From the NCBI GenBank assembly GCA_010093815.1, contig ML996565.1: 64,000 bases of DNA; one strand, written 5' to 3'. Position numbers and translations under genes: made by a program. Positions 1-12,153 of the stretch are shown piece after piece. The DNA comes from Pseudovirgaria hyperparasitica. Lineage: Eukaryota. Each line of letters begins with the position of its first letter. Position 1 is the stretch's first letter. A model generated the notes under the pieces. That model worked only from the letters and a program-made list of their open reading frames with translations. It was not told the origin of the DNA and ran no database searches.

Positions 1-835
1 ACAAGTCATGATTGCAGCAGATGAAGACTAATGGTGATGATGCAGCTGCAGCTAGCGGGCGTCGCATGAACTACAATAACGTTAGACAACGTGCTTTATA
101 GTGCTGTTCAGAGATTCGAAAGTGCTCTTAGAAAATTAATGATGAGTGAGCTGGATATTAACGAAGGACCAAAGTGATGGGCGCCACAGACGTCATCTTG
201 GCGATAATACCACGAAAGCCTTCACGGCGCGCCGAATGATACTCTGATACGCTGCAGGACAGGATATCCTTGACAGGAAACCCAACTATCACAGCATACG
301 AAACCTGCACTGCACACTCCGTTGCCCAACTTCCTTGGTTCTGTACGCTGCAGCCCATGGTGCTTAAATCTGTGTTTGTCCGCACTACATATTCTCCTGG
401 GGCCCGCTCGCTCGATAGCTTATCGCCCTCCATCCATCAATGATCAATCCATTCCCTCCACACCTTCCCGTGCCGCTTCATCCTTCGGCATTCCCCCATC
501 CCTCTCAGGGACACTGTCGATCTCTAGGGAACTGAATAGACTTTCGCTGCTGCTATCGCTGCCGCTCTTCGCGCTCGATTCCCTCACCTTGATCGATTAT
601 CGGCGTCCGAACGCAGGTGTGAGGCTATAGTGACGACGCTCAAATCTCGAGCCCCTCTTTCGTAACCTGGTTCATTGGATCACCCGCTTGGGCTCACCCA
701 AAAAGCTCTCTCAACCGCCCACCAGCCTTATATACTCTCCTTCCTCAACACTTCTTCCCGATCTGCGTTCAGGAATATCAACCTGTCCAGCATCCCTATT
801 AACATATAACATTCGTACCAACTGTCCGCGTGAAG

Positions 836-2440
836 ATGACGCACCGCTCTTCGACAGGCGATCTGGGTCACTACGACGACGATTCTCGACCACAACGATG
901 GGACCGAGAGAGGTTTGAGCGTATTCGAAGCCGTGGTCCTGAGAGCCGAGAGTCGTTTCGTTTCGAAGAGCGCGACTCTGGGCACGGCAGACGAGGCTAC
1001 GACACCGAAATTGACATTACGGAGCGCAATCGTGGAGGCCGTACTCGCATCGAGGTCATCGACCGAGACTACGAAGACGAAAGACCTACGCGACGCCGTC
1101 CAGAGTTCCTGGATCGCCATGAGCCGACACCATCAGAAGTCAACAAGACTGCGCTTGCTCCCTACCGGCGCAAGTCTATCGTAGAACGAGATCTCGATCC
1201 ACCAGCCCGCCGTCCCGCTCGGCCTCAGTTCGTTCGCCGACAATCATCCCTTGACACGTTTGATAGACGCCCAATTGCACGGTATGGAGACCGAGAAAAA
1301 GAGGAATGGCGTCCACCTACAAATGTTCCGATTCCTCTTCCCTTCCGCGAGCGCCGCCGCAAGCCTACATATGATGATTATGATGACTACGAGGAGATCA
1401 GGTACAGAGACTATGAGCCCGACAGTAGAGAGGAATATCGCGATATCGAGATTCGACGCGAGAGAAGCACTCGACGGCGACGGCGGTCTGGACGCTCTAA
1501 ACGAGCTCCGTCTTCATCAAGCTCCTCTAGTGCCAGCACTCAACGTCCAAGCGTGAAGGCCTCTAGTGTCCACACTCCCAGTGTACACAGTGTCAGCGTA
1601 CATCATGTTCATGAGCCCAGTGTTCACGAGTCCAGTGTTCACGAGCCCAGTGTTCATGAGCCTCCACCTCCGCCACTCCCAGGCAAAAAGGGCAGGACCA
1701 GGATGCCAAAGCGCCTTGTGCATATCAACGCGCTCATAGAAAAGGGCTATGAATTTGATGACGAGGTGAGTAACGTTCTTTCCTTGATATGGTTGACCGC
1801 GAGATCTCATCGTCTTATAGGAAGATTTCCTGGTCGTGCGACGTGCTTTGGAGAAAGAGCAGATCGATGAAGTGATAAAGATTAGCGAGGGCTACAAAGA
1901 AAGTGAGTGTTTTGTGACTGTTGAGCAATATTCATTTCTGACATATCAGGCCGCGTAACATACCGCTACGAAGACACTGGAGAGCCAGCACCTCCACCAC
2001 CCCTTGAAATGCCTCCTCCGCCACCTCCTCCGGCAAGTGTACATAGTCATCATTCTCAGCACATCCCACCACCGCCTCCAGCACCTCCAGCTGCTTTCGC
2101 ACCTCCTCCACCTCCAGCTGCTTTCGCGCCTCCTCCACCCCCAGCTTCCGTCTATTCCCACAACGTGCGAACAGTGGAACCGTCTCATAATTATCAATTT
2201 GAGGAGCACATCCAGGAGTCCAATCACATCAGTGGACCTGTGACGTCGCTAGTACCACGGCGCCCACGAACCGAAAGGGAGATACGGGAGGAGATACGTT
2301 CTCTCGAGGAAGAGCGACGTCTCGTACGGATTGATCGGGAGACAGACTACGAAATTGTGGAGCGACCCAAGGAGAGAGATGTTGTGCGGGTCGAAAAAGA
2401 TCGAAAGGGTAGGTTGGCGCTCGTGCGATCGTCTCATTGA
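836..2440 (+). CDS. Conserved fungal hypothetical protein (Arg/Glu/Pro-rich), 2 introns; alternative last exon may extend the gene to 2550
   Basis: ATG at 836. Introns 1766-1820 and 1903-1949 (GTGAGT...AG) join ORFs 830-1870 and 2009-2440 in frame (GRTRMPKRLVH...GYEFDDE|EDFLVVRRALEKEQIDEVIKISE). Contains a 15-nt tandem repeat encoding VHEPS at ~1606-1662. Confidence 0.75.
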
Positions 2441-2959
2441 TCATCCACCCTCCACCCTATTCAGAGTCGGAAGTTGATGGGCGGCAAATAGCGAAACAGC
2501 GACAAAAGGGCAACATTTTGCTCGGTGCTATGGTGGCGACCCTCACCTGACCTTACCTCGGTTGCGACGAATCACCTCCTCAATCGCGAATATGAACGAC
2601 AGAAGATGATTTGCGCCGGATCGATAGACCGATTATGATATGACCGAGTTTAGCGAAATTCACGACCGATTGTGCATTTGATCGCGATAAGAGCCAATTT
2701 GCATAGGAAGAAACTTGCCTGTGCATTTTGTTGCCACTGCTTTCTTCAAGCTCAAAGTAGCAGCTGTTGGATTTCTTTTTGTAATTCTGGAATGATGCGA
2801 TAGGGAAGGTTGAGTAGGTCATAAGTTCTTCATGTTGGTATATTGGTATGGACCAAGCTGGCGTTGGCGTTTGAGAGGGTACGAAGAGTTTGTTGTTATT
2901 GTACTTATATCCATTCCTTGAAACCAATCGTAGTCGTGTAGTCTGAAACAAGAATGAAC

Positions 2960-3205
2960 GTACAGTTATATGTACTAGTGAATGAATTCCATACTCATCT
3001 ATAGATGATTTTTATAAATCTAGAAGTCTACTTATTACTAGTCTATCCATAGACTAATCTAAACAAATACTTCTTTTACTTAGCATTGGCTTAGTGGATC
3101 AGGAGAAGCTCTGTTACCTATCTATTTTTTATTATAATCTAGCTTTACTCTTATAGGTCTCTAAATATTGGTTGTTTATATAAAAAGGTGTAATCTAGTA
3201 AAAGC
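2960..3205. other. AT-rich, TpA-enriched patch, probable RIP-mutated relic
   Basis: Abrupt drop in GC, many TA/TAG/CTA words, few CA/TG; no credible ORF. Confidence 0.4.
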
Positions 3206-3483
3206 TATTCAGCAGCTTGCCATACCCGCGCTAAACCACCCCTGTCCTCCGTCGGCTTCGTTCTCGGAACAACGCCGCGTCCACCCATCCCGTCTACGCC
3301 ATCGAAACCTCCAACCTATCTATCTACCCAGCAGCACTCCATTCAACGACTCAAAAGCCACGACAAGTCCCCAAGCGCCAATAGTCAGGAAAGCCTATAC
3401 ACTACACCACACCACGCCACACCGCCGATCCTTGCGAAACTATCTCTCCTACAACACAGCAACAACAACAAGCATACACAGCA

Positions 3484-3994
3484 ATGGCAAACGGCTGGTC
3501 GCTCATCGTAGGCCTCGTCTTCATCGTTGCGTTCTGTGGAGCGAGCTGGTTCCTTGCGCCCAAGGGCGATGATCAAACGTATGTTTCTCTCTGACTTGTT
3601 GAGGAGAAGGGCTAGAGGAGAAGGCAGAAGGCAGAAGTAGAATGTAGAGGAGAATGGAAGGATATGCTACACATCAGGATTCTACGAGCGGGGAGAGATT
3701 GGGGGGATGCTTGGTGTTTAAGTGTTTCGTGAGGATAAAACGCTAACATCAGAGACAGGATTTGGAGGAGCTCGTTGATACTTAGTGCGGCTGCGTGTTA
3801 TCTTATGTGGGGTGAGTGCTATTTCGCTTTGGTTTTCTCGCGTTGTCTTTCTGTAGACTGGACGGTCGGGATTCTGGAAGGGAATAAATGAATCAATGTA
3901 TACTGACTGGGTTTCGGGTGTAGCGATTACGTTTCTTGCGCAGTGGCATCCGCTCGTGCAGCCGCAGCGGAACGATATCAGACATCTTCATTAG
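3484..3994 (+). CDS. VMA9: V-type ATPase V0 subunit e (72 aa, 3 exons)
   Basis: Absent from the ORF track. Exons 3484-3578, 3759-3811 and 3924-3994 splice at canonical sites to MANGWSLIVGLVFIVAFCGASWFLAPKGDDQTIWRSSLILSAAACYLMWAITFLAQWHPLVQPQRNDIRHLH. The CYLMWAITFLAQWHPL motif is typical of subunit e. Confidence 0.92.
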
Positions 3995-4283
3995 AGTCAT
4001 TGACGGCTGCGAGGTTTGCGGATGGATGAGCGCGATAATGGATGCGAGGGAGAACGATACGATGGTCAGGAAGAGGGGCTGTCCTGGTTTTCCATCGCAG
4101 GACTGAAGCTTGAAACGAGTTTCTGCGTGGAGTGTACAATTAGCATATGGAGCTTCGAGACTTCAAGACTCCGAAGCTGAACTGGCGTTACAGGCATGGA
4201 GATAAGTCCGTTCTATTGTAAAGCATGCAATACATTGGGGGTATCATGTTTCCTGACCGCCCTTCTAAGAATTTGTCGCTCGT

Positions 4284-5335
4284 TCACTCAGACTGCCAAC
4301 CTAGCCCTATACCGTCCAGAACGCCCATACCGTCTGTGCCAGTCAGGCCTGCGATGCCCAGTATACACCACGCCACAAGACCTCTCAACACCGCCCCAAT
4401 CGCAACCAAGATCATTGCCTGCACGTATCCACAATCCATCAGTATCTGCAGCGCCGCAACATTATTGACAATGACTGCCCAGCTGACTGCCGTCGCCGCA
4501 GACGGAAGGTCGTACTCCCAGATAATGAGCAAGATGGGAAACAGCTTCGTGCACGAGCTCACCAGCAACGCCGTGCTCAGCGGTACCGGATGCGGATAGT
4601 ACGGCAGCGGCGACAGCGGAATCGTGTATTTCTCAACAACCCCAGCCGAAGGACCACTGGTATCCGTCTCCTTCTCCTCCGTGACGACGGTTCGCCGCAC
4701 GAACAGCTTCAGCACGGGTACACGCGCTGTCCACGCAGGCACGTCGAGCGCAGGCAATCGAGGCATATGCGAGCAGATCAGCCGGATGGGGACATGAAAC
4801 GCGACGGTTTCAGAGAAGACGAGCGCGAGGAAGAAGAGGTATTGGAGCACGAGCGGCTGCGCGGAGAGCAGGGAAGTCTGACCGGGTGTCTGGACGGACG
4901 ACAGCGGGGCAAAGGGGATTGGGAAGGCTTTCTCGATGCGCGCCCAGGTGAGATAGACGTCGAAGAGCAAGAGGAGGACGCCGAGGCGGACGATGGAGGG
5001 CTAAGACACACAACCTTCTATCAGCAACCAATGCCTATACAATATTTTGACTATGGGTCGGGACGGGAAAGGGCAGTAGAATGAATCCCTACATCGAACT
5101 TGTCGTCCTCTCTTCCCAATTTATTGAAGAGCAAGTGTCGGTACACTTGCGGCTTGATCAGGACCAGGTCGATGAAGAGGACGACGAAGTCATGCTCGAC
5201 GTATTTGTCGGCAAAGCGCTTGCAGCGCGGGCATTGCGTGAGGCGGACGCCTTTGCCCAGAGTGCGGTCATCGGCTTTGCTGTAGGTGGTGTAGAGATTC
5301 TTCACCGGGTAGCGACATTCTATGCATATCACCAT
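4284..5335 (-). CDS. ARV1: Arv1-family ER sterol/GPI homeostasis membrane protein, 1 intron (~5003-5095)
   Basis: N-terminal CIEC...RLTQCPRCKRFADKYVEHDFVVLFIDLVLIKPQVYRHLLFN Arv1 homology domain, followed by hydrophobic segments and LLVSSCTKLFPILLIIWEYD. Confidence 0.92.
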
Positions 5336-5936
5336 GGACAGTCGTTGGTGGATTCGCGCACGGGTGCATGGAAGGGTGAGTGTTGTGGTTCCAATGCATT
5401 CTGCGATCGTAGGTACTGGTAGTGTTTCGGCCTTGTTGCCTTAGGTTATGGAGCCAGTGCCATAAGGTAGTCTGCACTCTTTCTCCATTCACTTTTCATC
5501 ATCCGATGTCCGTTCCACGAACCAATAAGTCTTGGAGCCTGTGATAGTCGTGAAGCTCACACTTCACCTCTTTTGCAATTCTTTGATTATCCAGACCAGA
5601 CACAACTCCGTCTTTATCTTCTGATGTGGATTCATATGCTTTCTTATTCGGGAGGAATGTCCAAAAGCCCACTGCGCTCGACCATTGAAGCAAGAATGAA
5701 TACTTGCTATACTACCAAGTCAGTTGGCCATCGTGCTGCATCTAGGTTCGTATGTTCCGGCAGCAAGAGAGAATGGACGAAGGATACTTAACAACGATAT
5801 AAAATGTAAAGGATAAGTCGTACGCCAGAGATTCAGAGCAGATGAGGGTGGTGTATCAAAGGATATGGTGATATCTCGGCAATATTAGCTACCCACGCCA
5901 TCCCAACGACCATTCCTCACGGCCCAACCCTGTACA

Positions 5937-7443
5937 TCATTGCTTGAGCTTTGCCTCGACCACGGCTTGGGCACCATATGGATACCTCCAGATCTTGACA
6001 AGCTCCAAGCCTACGTCTTCAAGGATCTCAGCAAACTGCTTCGCCGTCTTCTCCTGGCCAGTCAGCACCATCATACTGAAATCCATCCAGTACACCATCA
6101 GGTCGTCGCCAACATTGGTCTTCTCTGGTACTACGAAATCGCCAATAAGTAGACGCGAGTCTTTCCCCATGGCAGACGCAATGTTTCTCACAATGTCCTT
6201 GCAGACAGGCATGTAGAAGTCATGCAAAATCCGGCGGAGTAGGTAGACATGCGCATCTGCAGCAGTCAGTGTTTCACGCTTACATGGAACGAGTGTTTGA
6301 GTACCAACTTTTGACAGGCTGAGGCGTGAAGAAGTCATGCTCCATCTTCTCCACATTTGGGATATCCTCGTCTTTGATCGAGTCCAGAACATCCTTTCTG
6401 TCCTGCAGAATGCATTTCGCGCCGAAGCCCGCCGGCGCTTCCTTTTGGATGCTCATCAGGGGCGCGCCAAGGCCCCCGCCGACATCGACGATGAAAGGCC
6501 GCGAGGTGTCGGCTTCGACTTGCTCTTTCAGGGAGGCGAAAGGGAACATGCCCAGGACTGGCATTTGCTGGTCCATTTGACGGATGGACTGGTTGAACAT
6601 TTCAAAGCGGACAGGGTCGTCTGAGATTACCTCGTAGTAGCTCATACCCATGCGATTGTAGGCGTAGGCGTAGGGAGACTTCTTGAGGTCCATCAGATCG
6701 CTGGTCGAGTGGTCTTTGAGGTACTGAGGTAGTTTCTTGAACACATAGTCTTGGTCTAGGCTTGGTGCTGTATTAGCGACTACTGGACACATGACGGGAG
6801 TGACTTACATGAGATCAAAGAAGTACTTGGATGGAGCTGTGATGTATACAAGGGACTTGGCGTTGTGGGAGTAGATATCGGGTTCTGGTTCGTCGCAGAT
6901 GCCCTGAACGCAGAGGATCCGCATAGACCGTGCTGGTCAGGGTCAGTTTCGAGGCCCATATGGCCAACTACCTCTGACTATGGACTTACCAACTACAGAT
7001 TCATGTAAGTTAACGGCTTCTGAGAGCTCTTTGGCTGTGATGGTACCCTTCTTGGGTATCTCATCAAGGACGCCAGTGGACTTTACAATGTTGATTGCAG
7101 CAGTGAGATGTATCTGAGCACATCAGAAAAGGTATATGTGGTCCCTCGCGAGAAGATTTCGAGATTTTGCTTATGCACAGGGTGTACACCAGCCCATCGA
7201 CTTGTATCAACTTATTGGCAAGGGGTCTGAGTGTATGAAGACATTATGGATCTGTAGACTTACAGTATCCCACTGCCGGAAGATGGTGTCCCTTGGCCCT
7301 TCGCTCAAGTATCTTAGCTTATCAGCCTTCTTGACCAATGCCATCTGACCCATTGGCTCTCCATTGAAAGCTTTTGCGGCCGCGAGGAAGTCCTCTGCGG
7401 CCGCTACGAGACTTGCATTGGCGTTTTCTGACATCGAAGTCAT
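5937..7443 (-). CDS. SAM-dependent O-methyltransferase (Methyltransf_2 type), multi-exon
   Basis: IVDVGGGLG SAM-binding motif, ILQDR, MEHDFFTPQPVK and YLLRRILHDF motifs spread over spliced ORFs. Confidence 0.88.
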
Positions 7444-8704
7444 AGCGGCGATGATGCTGGATAGAGTCTCTGGAGACGTTTGAAGGAATTATTACCAGAT
7501 AGCTGGCCAGATCAAGCAGGATTACCTGGCCAGCTCGGCGTACAAGGTACTACCTTGGTGAGGAACACTGGAGCAGCATCCATCGTGTCTAGTCCGGTGT
7601 TCACTCGTCATGCTCTCTTTGCCCCTCCCTGGCGACAACGACCGGCCAAGGGAAAGGGAGGCCACGACCCTGACCCCGCAGACGAGATGACGGAGGATGA
7701 AGTAGTGAGTATAGTACGTGTTTATAAAGTGCTTAGGTGAGGATGGTAAAGCCACGACGAGTGAATGTGGAGCGTCTAACCGTAAAGGGGGCTGGTGGAA
7801 GAGACCGATGCAGATAGTCCCGCCACGGAGCCCGTTGGGGAAACCGGGCCATCCCCTTCGCCCACTCGCATGCATCCATACAACTCTGTGAGCGGTCTAA
7901 AGAGGAAAAAACACTCCATCGGACTGGTCCGTCCATTCACGCAATCGCATTTCGACCCCAATCATCGACCGTGTACGGTGAAGAAACGTGCTGGCGCTGT
8001 GGTCGGGCCTAAACTCATTGGCGGCGGGTGGAAGCTGAAGGCTGCGATCCGGGGCTATTTTTTGCTCATCTCACCTTCACTTCCTCCCGCCGGCCCTTTT
8101 GAGCTTTCACTTTAATTAATAGACATGGAATCGCCGCCGTCGACTGTTGCTTCTTTGCTTCGCCGGTTCGCTTGTTCTCTACTATTGCGTTGTGATTGAT
8201 GAAGCTGCTTGTGTATCGTTTTCGAAACATCACACCGCAGCATCTCACCAACATCCAAAACTCCCGTAAGAGCGCACCTCGCCCTTGTCCTACTATCGAG
8301 ACGTTACCTTTACCGGGTTCTGTGTCGCATCGCAGGCTCTTGGCCTTATAACATCCCTTCGCGAGCCTTGAACGACGTCAGCCGAGCGCGCGCCGTTGGA
8401 AATAGAAACCCGTCTGGATCATCCGAGTCAGCGCAACGATTTGGGCCTCTCTTCTGTGTCATACATAAACCCACAGCTCAGCTCTAGGTCCCCGACTCGC
8501 TGCTTGCGCCCACGACATCGCACGACGACGTACGACATTACTCGGGGTGGCGTCGAACAGAAAACGTTTTACCCCTTGCTCTCTCCTGCATCCTCGGCCA
8601 TACTCTGTCGTGGAATAGCCCCGTGGCACACTCTCGACCACGTGGAGTGCACACTGTGAACTACGTAGCAGCCGTTGAGTAGAAACGGTTCCCCCCCCGC
8701 GAAA

Positions 8705-10089
8705 ATGGCTGGCGATGCGGCTGCAGACCACCAATCAGACCCGCAGCCCGCCAACAGCCCAGATGCCACAGACGTCCAAGAAGACTATCTACAGCCAGGC
8801 CCTGAGCCATCAGACGATGGCTTCAGCGATGCGGTCAGTACTTGAGGAACTGCATCTGCGCCGCGTCCCAGGCGGAGAACTGACACCTTGCCAGGGCTAC
8901 GGCGACAGCTCAGATAGAAGTTCGCTGACCTCTGTGTCATCACACTTGCTACGCGGTGTATCAGAAAATGGACGAACATACGCCGCATACGGCAAGGAAG
9001 GTATGGCCACGACGTTCCACGACCTGACGAAAAAGCCCCTAAGCCCCAAGCCCCATCAATGGCCCACCCCCACGTTTGAAACAAGGATCATCCCTACTGA
9101 CGATCGCCAGAGTATGGCATGCCGATGGACGAGCGCGAGATGGATCGCATTGACATGTCACATGCCAAGTACTACATGCTGCTCGACAAGAAGCGCTTCC
9201 TGGCGCCGATACCTGAAGACACGCAGAGGATCCTCGACCTGGGCACGGGCACGGGGATCTGGTGTATCGACGTGGCCGACGAGTATCCCGCCGCCGAAGT
9301 AATCGGTACGTCATGTGCTGCCTGCCCTGATGCATTGACCCGGGATGCCATAGTCTGTCCCATCCTCCACTAACACACCACACCCAGGCGTCGACATCGC
9401 CCCGATCCAGCCGCAATGGGTGCCGCCAAACTGCCACTTCGAACTCGACGACATCGAGGCAGACTGGACATGGCGCGCCCAATCCTTCGACTTCATCCAC
9501 CAACGCGACCTCCTCTTCGCCATCCACGATTTCCCCAAACTCATCCGCCAGTCCTACCACCACCTCAAGCCCGGCGGCTGGATCGAGTTCCAGTCCATCC
9601 ACGGCGTGCTCGGCTGCGACGACGACTCGCTCCCGCCCGACAGCCACTTCCGCCGGTATGACAGCCTGATCCGCGCCGCTGCCCGGCACGTCAAGACCCC
9701 GCTCGAGGACCCGGCCATGTTCAAGCGGTGGATGGAGGAGGCCGGGTTCGAGGCGGTGGTCGAGCGCCGGTTCAAGATCCCGAGTAACCCCTGGCCCAAG
9801 GACGGGAAGTATAAGCTGATTGGCATGTTCGAGATGGAGAACTTTCTCAACGGGCTGGAGGGCATGAGTCTGCGGCTGTTTCAGAAGGGTCTGGGCTGGA
9901 GTGCCCAGGAGACGAGTGTGTTTCTGGCCGGCGTGCGCAAGGAGATTCAGAACTTGCGCTATCACCCGTACTACCCCTTGTGAGTCTGCCCTCCTGACTT
10001 GTCGGTCTACTCTGTGGTGTTTGTTATGCTAATCCTGCTACGCCATTAGTTATGTCGTCTACGGCCGCAAACCACTAAATGCATCATGA
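8705..10089 (+). CDS. LaeA-like / TAM-type SAM-dependent methyltransferase, 4 introns
   Basis: ATG at 8705. Motifs ENGRTY, PMDEREMDRID, ILDLGTGTGIWCIDVADEYP, PPNCHFELDD, LKPGGWIE; last exon YVVYGRKPLNAS* ends at 10089. Confidence 0.88.
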
Positions 10090-11120
10090 TCATGACGATA
10101 TCGCTGAGGATGACGATGAATGAATAAACGAAGCAAGCAGCGCATCGCAGCGCATCCGGCGTTAATTAGTGGAATAAGCGGCTTTTGTCCACGGACACGA
10201 ACACGAACGTGGACATAGAACACGGCCCTCGTCATCTGGCGGAATGTATAATGGCACTGTCCTCGACATACTTCTGACATGAAACTCTCCATGTATGTAT
10301 GGGAGAACCTGATACCCCCTGCTCTACAGCACCACCACCACCACCACTACCATTCTATTTACCTCATACCTCGATCCACATGTAATCCACACGTAGTTCA
10401 CAGCCCCAAAAATCAAATCAAATTCAAGCCGTCTAAGAGAGCGATGAATCTATCTAGTATGCTAGGGTTCCGAGTCCTGTGTGCCTGCGCCATGTCTTGA
10501 TAGCCGTTCTATCTATCTATATCATCCATACCATCGTGTTATCATCATTCCTCGTTGCTCCATGACCGTGATTTCTCCTTGTTATCCTATTCCTATGTTC
10601 ACAATAAACTGCCTCTTCATTATCATCATTATTATCATTCGTGTTATTATTACTCACTCACCCTATACACATCCAGTCTCACTCTCGTTTCGTGTGTCTT
10701 GCTCGTCCTCATACTTGATTATTTTCACGCTAGTTTGTGTATACTTATTCGACTCATGTCCTATTCGTCTTTACTTGTTCTTGTCTACTTATTCTAACTA
10801 CTTCTTCGCTTTCTCTTTTTTAAGCTTCATCTGATGTAGCATATATATGATCGTGTATGAGATGGAGGGTAGTGGAGAGAAAGTAAGTAGAAGTCTTGAA
10901 GGGGTCTTGGGGGTTTGGGGAGGTATCGGGTAGGTGGGTACTACTTCTATTCTTATTCCTTATTCTGTTTCTTTCTTTCTTTCCTCCCTCTCATCTACCT
11001 TCTTATCTACCTCCTTATAAATACTAGAAAGAGTATTGATATCACACTATATTAGTTCGTTAGATATATAGACAGACGAGTATAGATGGACGGGTACACG
11101 GCATTAACGCGTATCAGTGC

Positions 11121-11291
11121 ACAAGTATCCATACACAAGTATCCATACACAAGTATCCATACACAAGTATCCATACACAAGTATCCATACACAAGTATCC
11201 NNNNNNNNNNCACAAGTATCCATACACAAGTATCCATACACAAGTATCCATACACAAGTATCCATACACAAGTATCCATACACAAGTATCC
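11121..11291. repeat. 14-bp minisatellite (ACAAGTATCCATAC)n interrupted by a 10-N scaffold gap at 11201-11210
   Basis: About 5.7 perfect copies on each side of the gap; the spurious ORFs over it repeat with a 14-aa period. Confidence 0.95.
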
Positions 11292-11694
11292 CTATAGAAA
11301 TATCCATAACACAAGTACACATGGAATTGATTAAGTAAACCGAACCCGAAAATCTCAAAACCTAAACCTAGATAGAACTAGATGTAGTATGCCTGTGTCT
11401 ATGTCTATGTCTAGGTATACCTATGTACATAGAGTCCAGAGCGTGTAGTATAGAGGTATATCGTCCAAGACATATAGTCCAATCTACTTAACACCTCTGT
11501 AATAATGGGAAGCGACGATATCTATCAAGGCGTGTATTAGGTAGTCTGAATAGTCTAGAAGGAAGTCAAGATGGTCTAGAAGGAAGTCTACTAGTATAGT
11601 ATCGGAGATATATCTCTTAGAATAATAAAAGAGAACGTGTATTCGAAGAGCGTTATATTCAAACACAGACCACACCCCCGAAAGAGACCATACG

Positions 11695-11715
11695 CCCCCC
11701 CCCCCCCCCCCCCCC
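11695..11715. repeat. Poly(C) homopolymer run
   Basis: Uninterrupted run of about 21 C. Confidence 0.9.
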
Positions 11716-12153
11716 AACCCGGACGAGACGAGACGAGATTCTCGAAACGGGGTTTAGAAAACGCATGGAAATGAGCAAATAATGTCGTTAATCTAATTTT
11801 TCCTCCTTGTATATATAGAACGGCGTATAGTAGTGGTTAGCAGTGCATGACGGGACGGGATAGAACGGGATGGAGGATATTACGTGGTGGTATGTGAAGG
11901 GTGTAGAGTGTGTATATATGTATACATGTATACAGCCAGAAGACATAAATCTACCGTGACGGACTGGCTTGTAGTTGGATGTGATGCGAGCTAGCAAAGA
12001 GAGAGCTAGCGAAGATATAAGATATAAGAAAGAAGGATATATATGCCATATAGGTATGCTTAATCTAATGCCAATGCAAACATCATCCCATCCCCATCCC
12101 CATCCCCATCCCCATCCTTCCCTCCACCCTCTAACCCTCTCTCAATCCCACAA

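Noticed and set aside
11052..11358. Repetitive ORFs and a CRISPR- or telomere-like look of the 14-bp array
   Set aside because: Head-to-tail repeat with no spacers and not TTAGGG; the ORFs are artefacts spanning an N gap.
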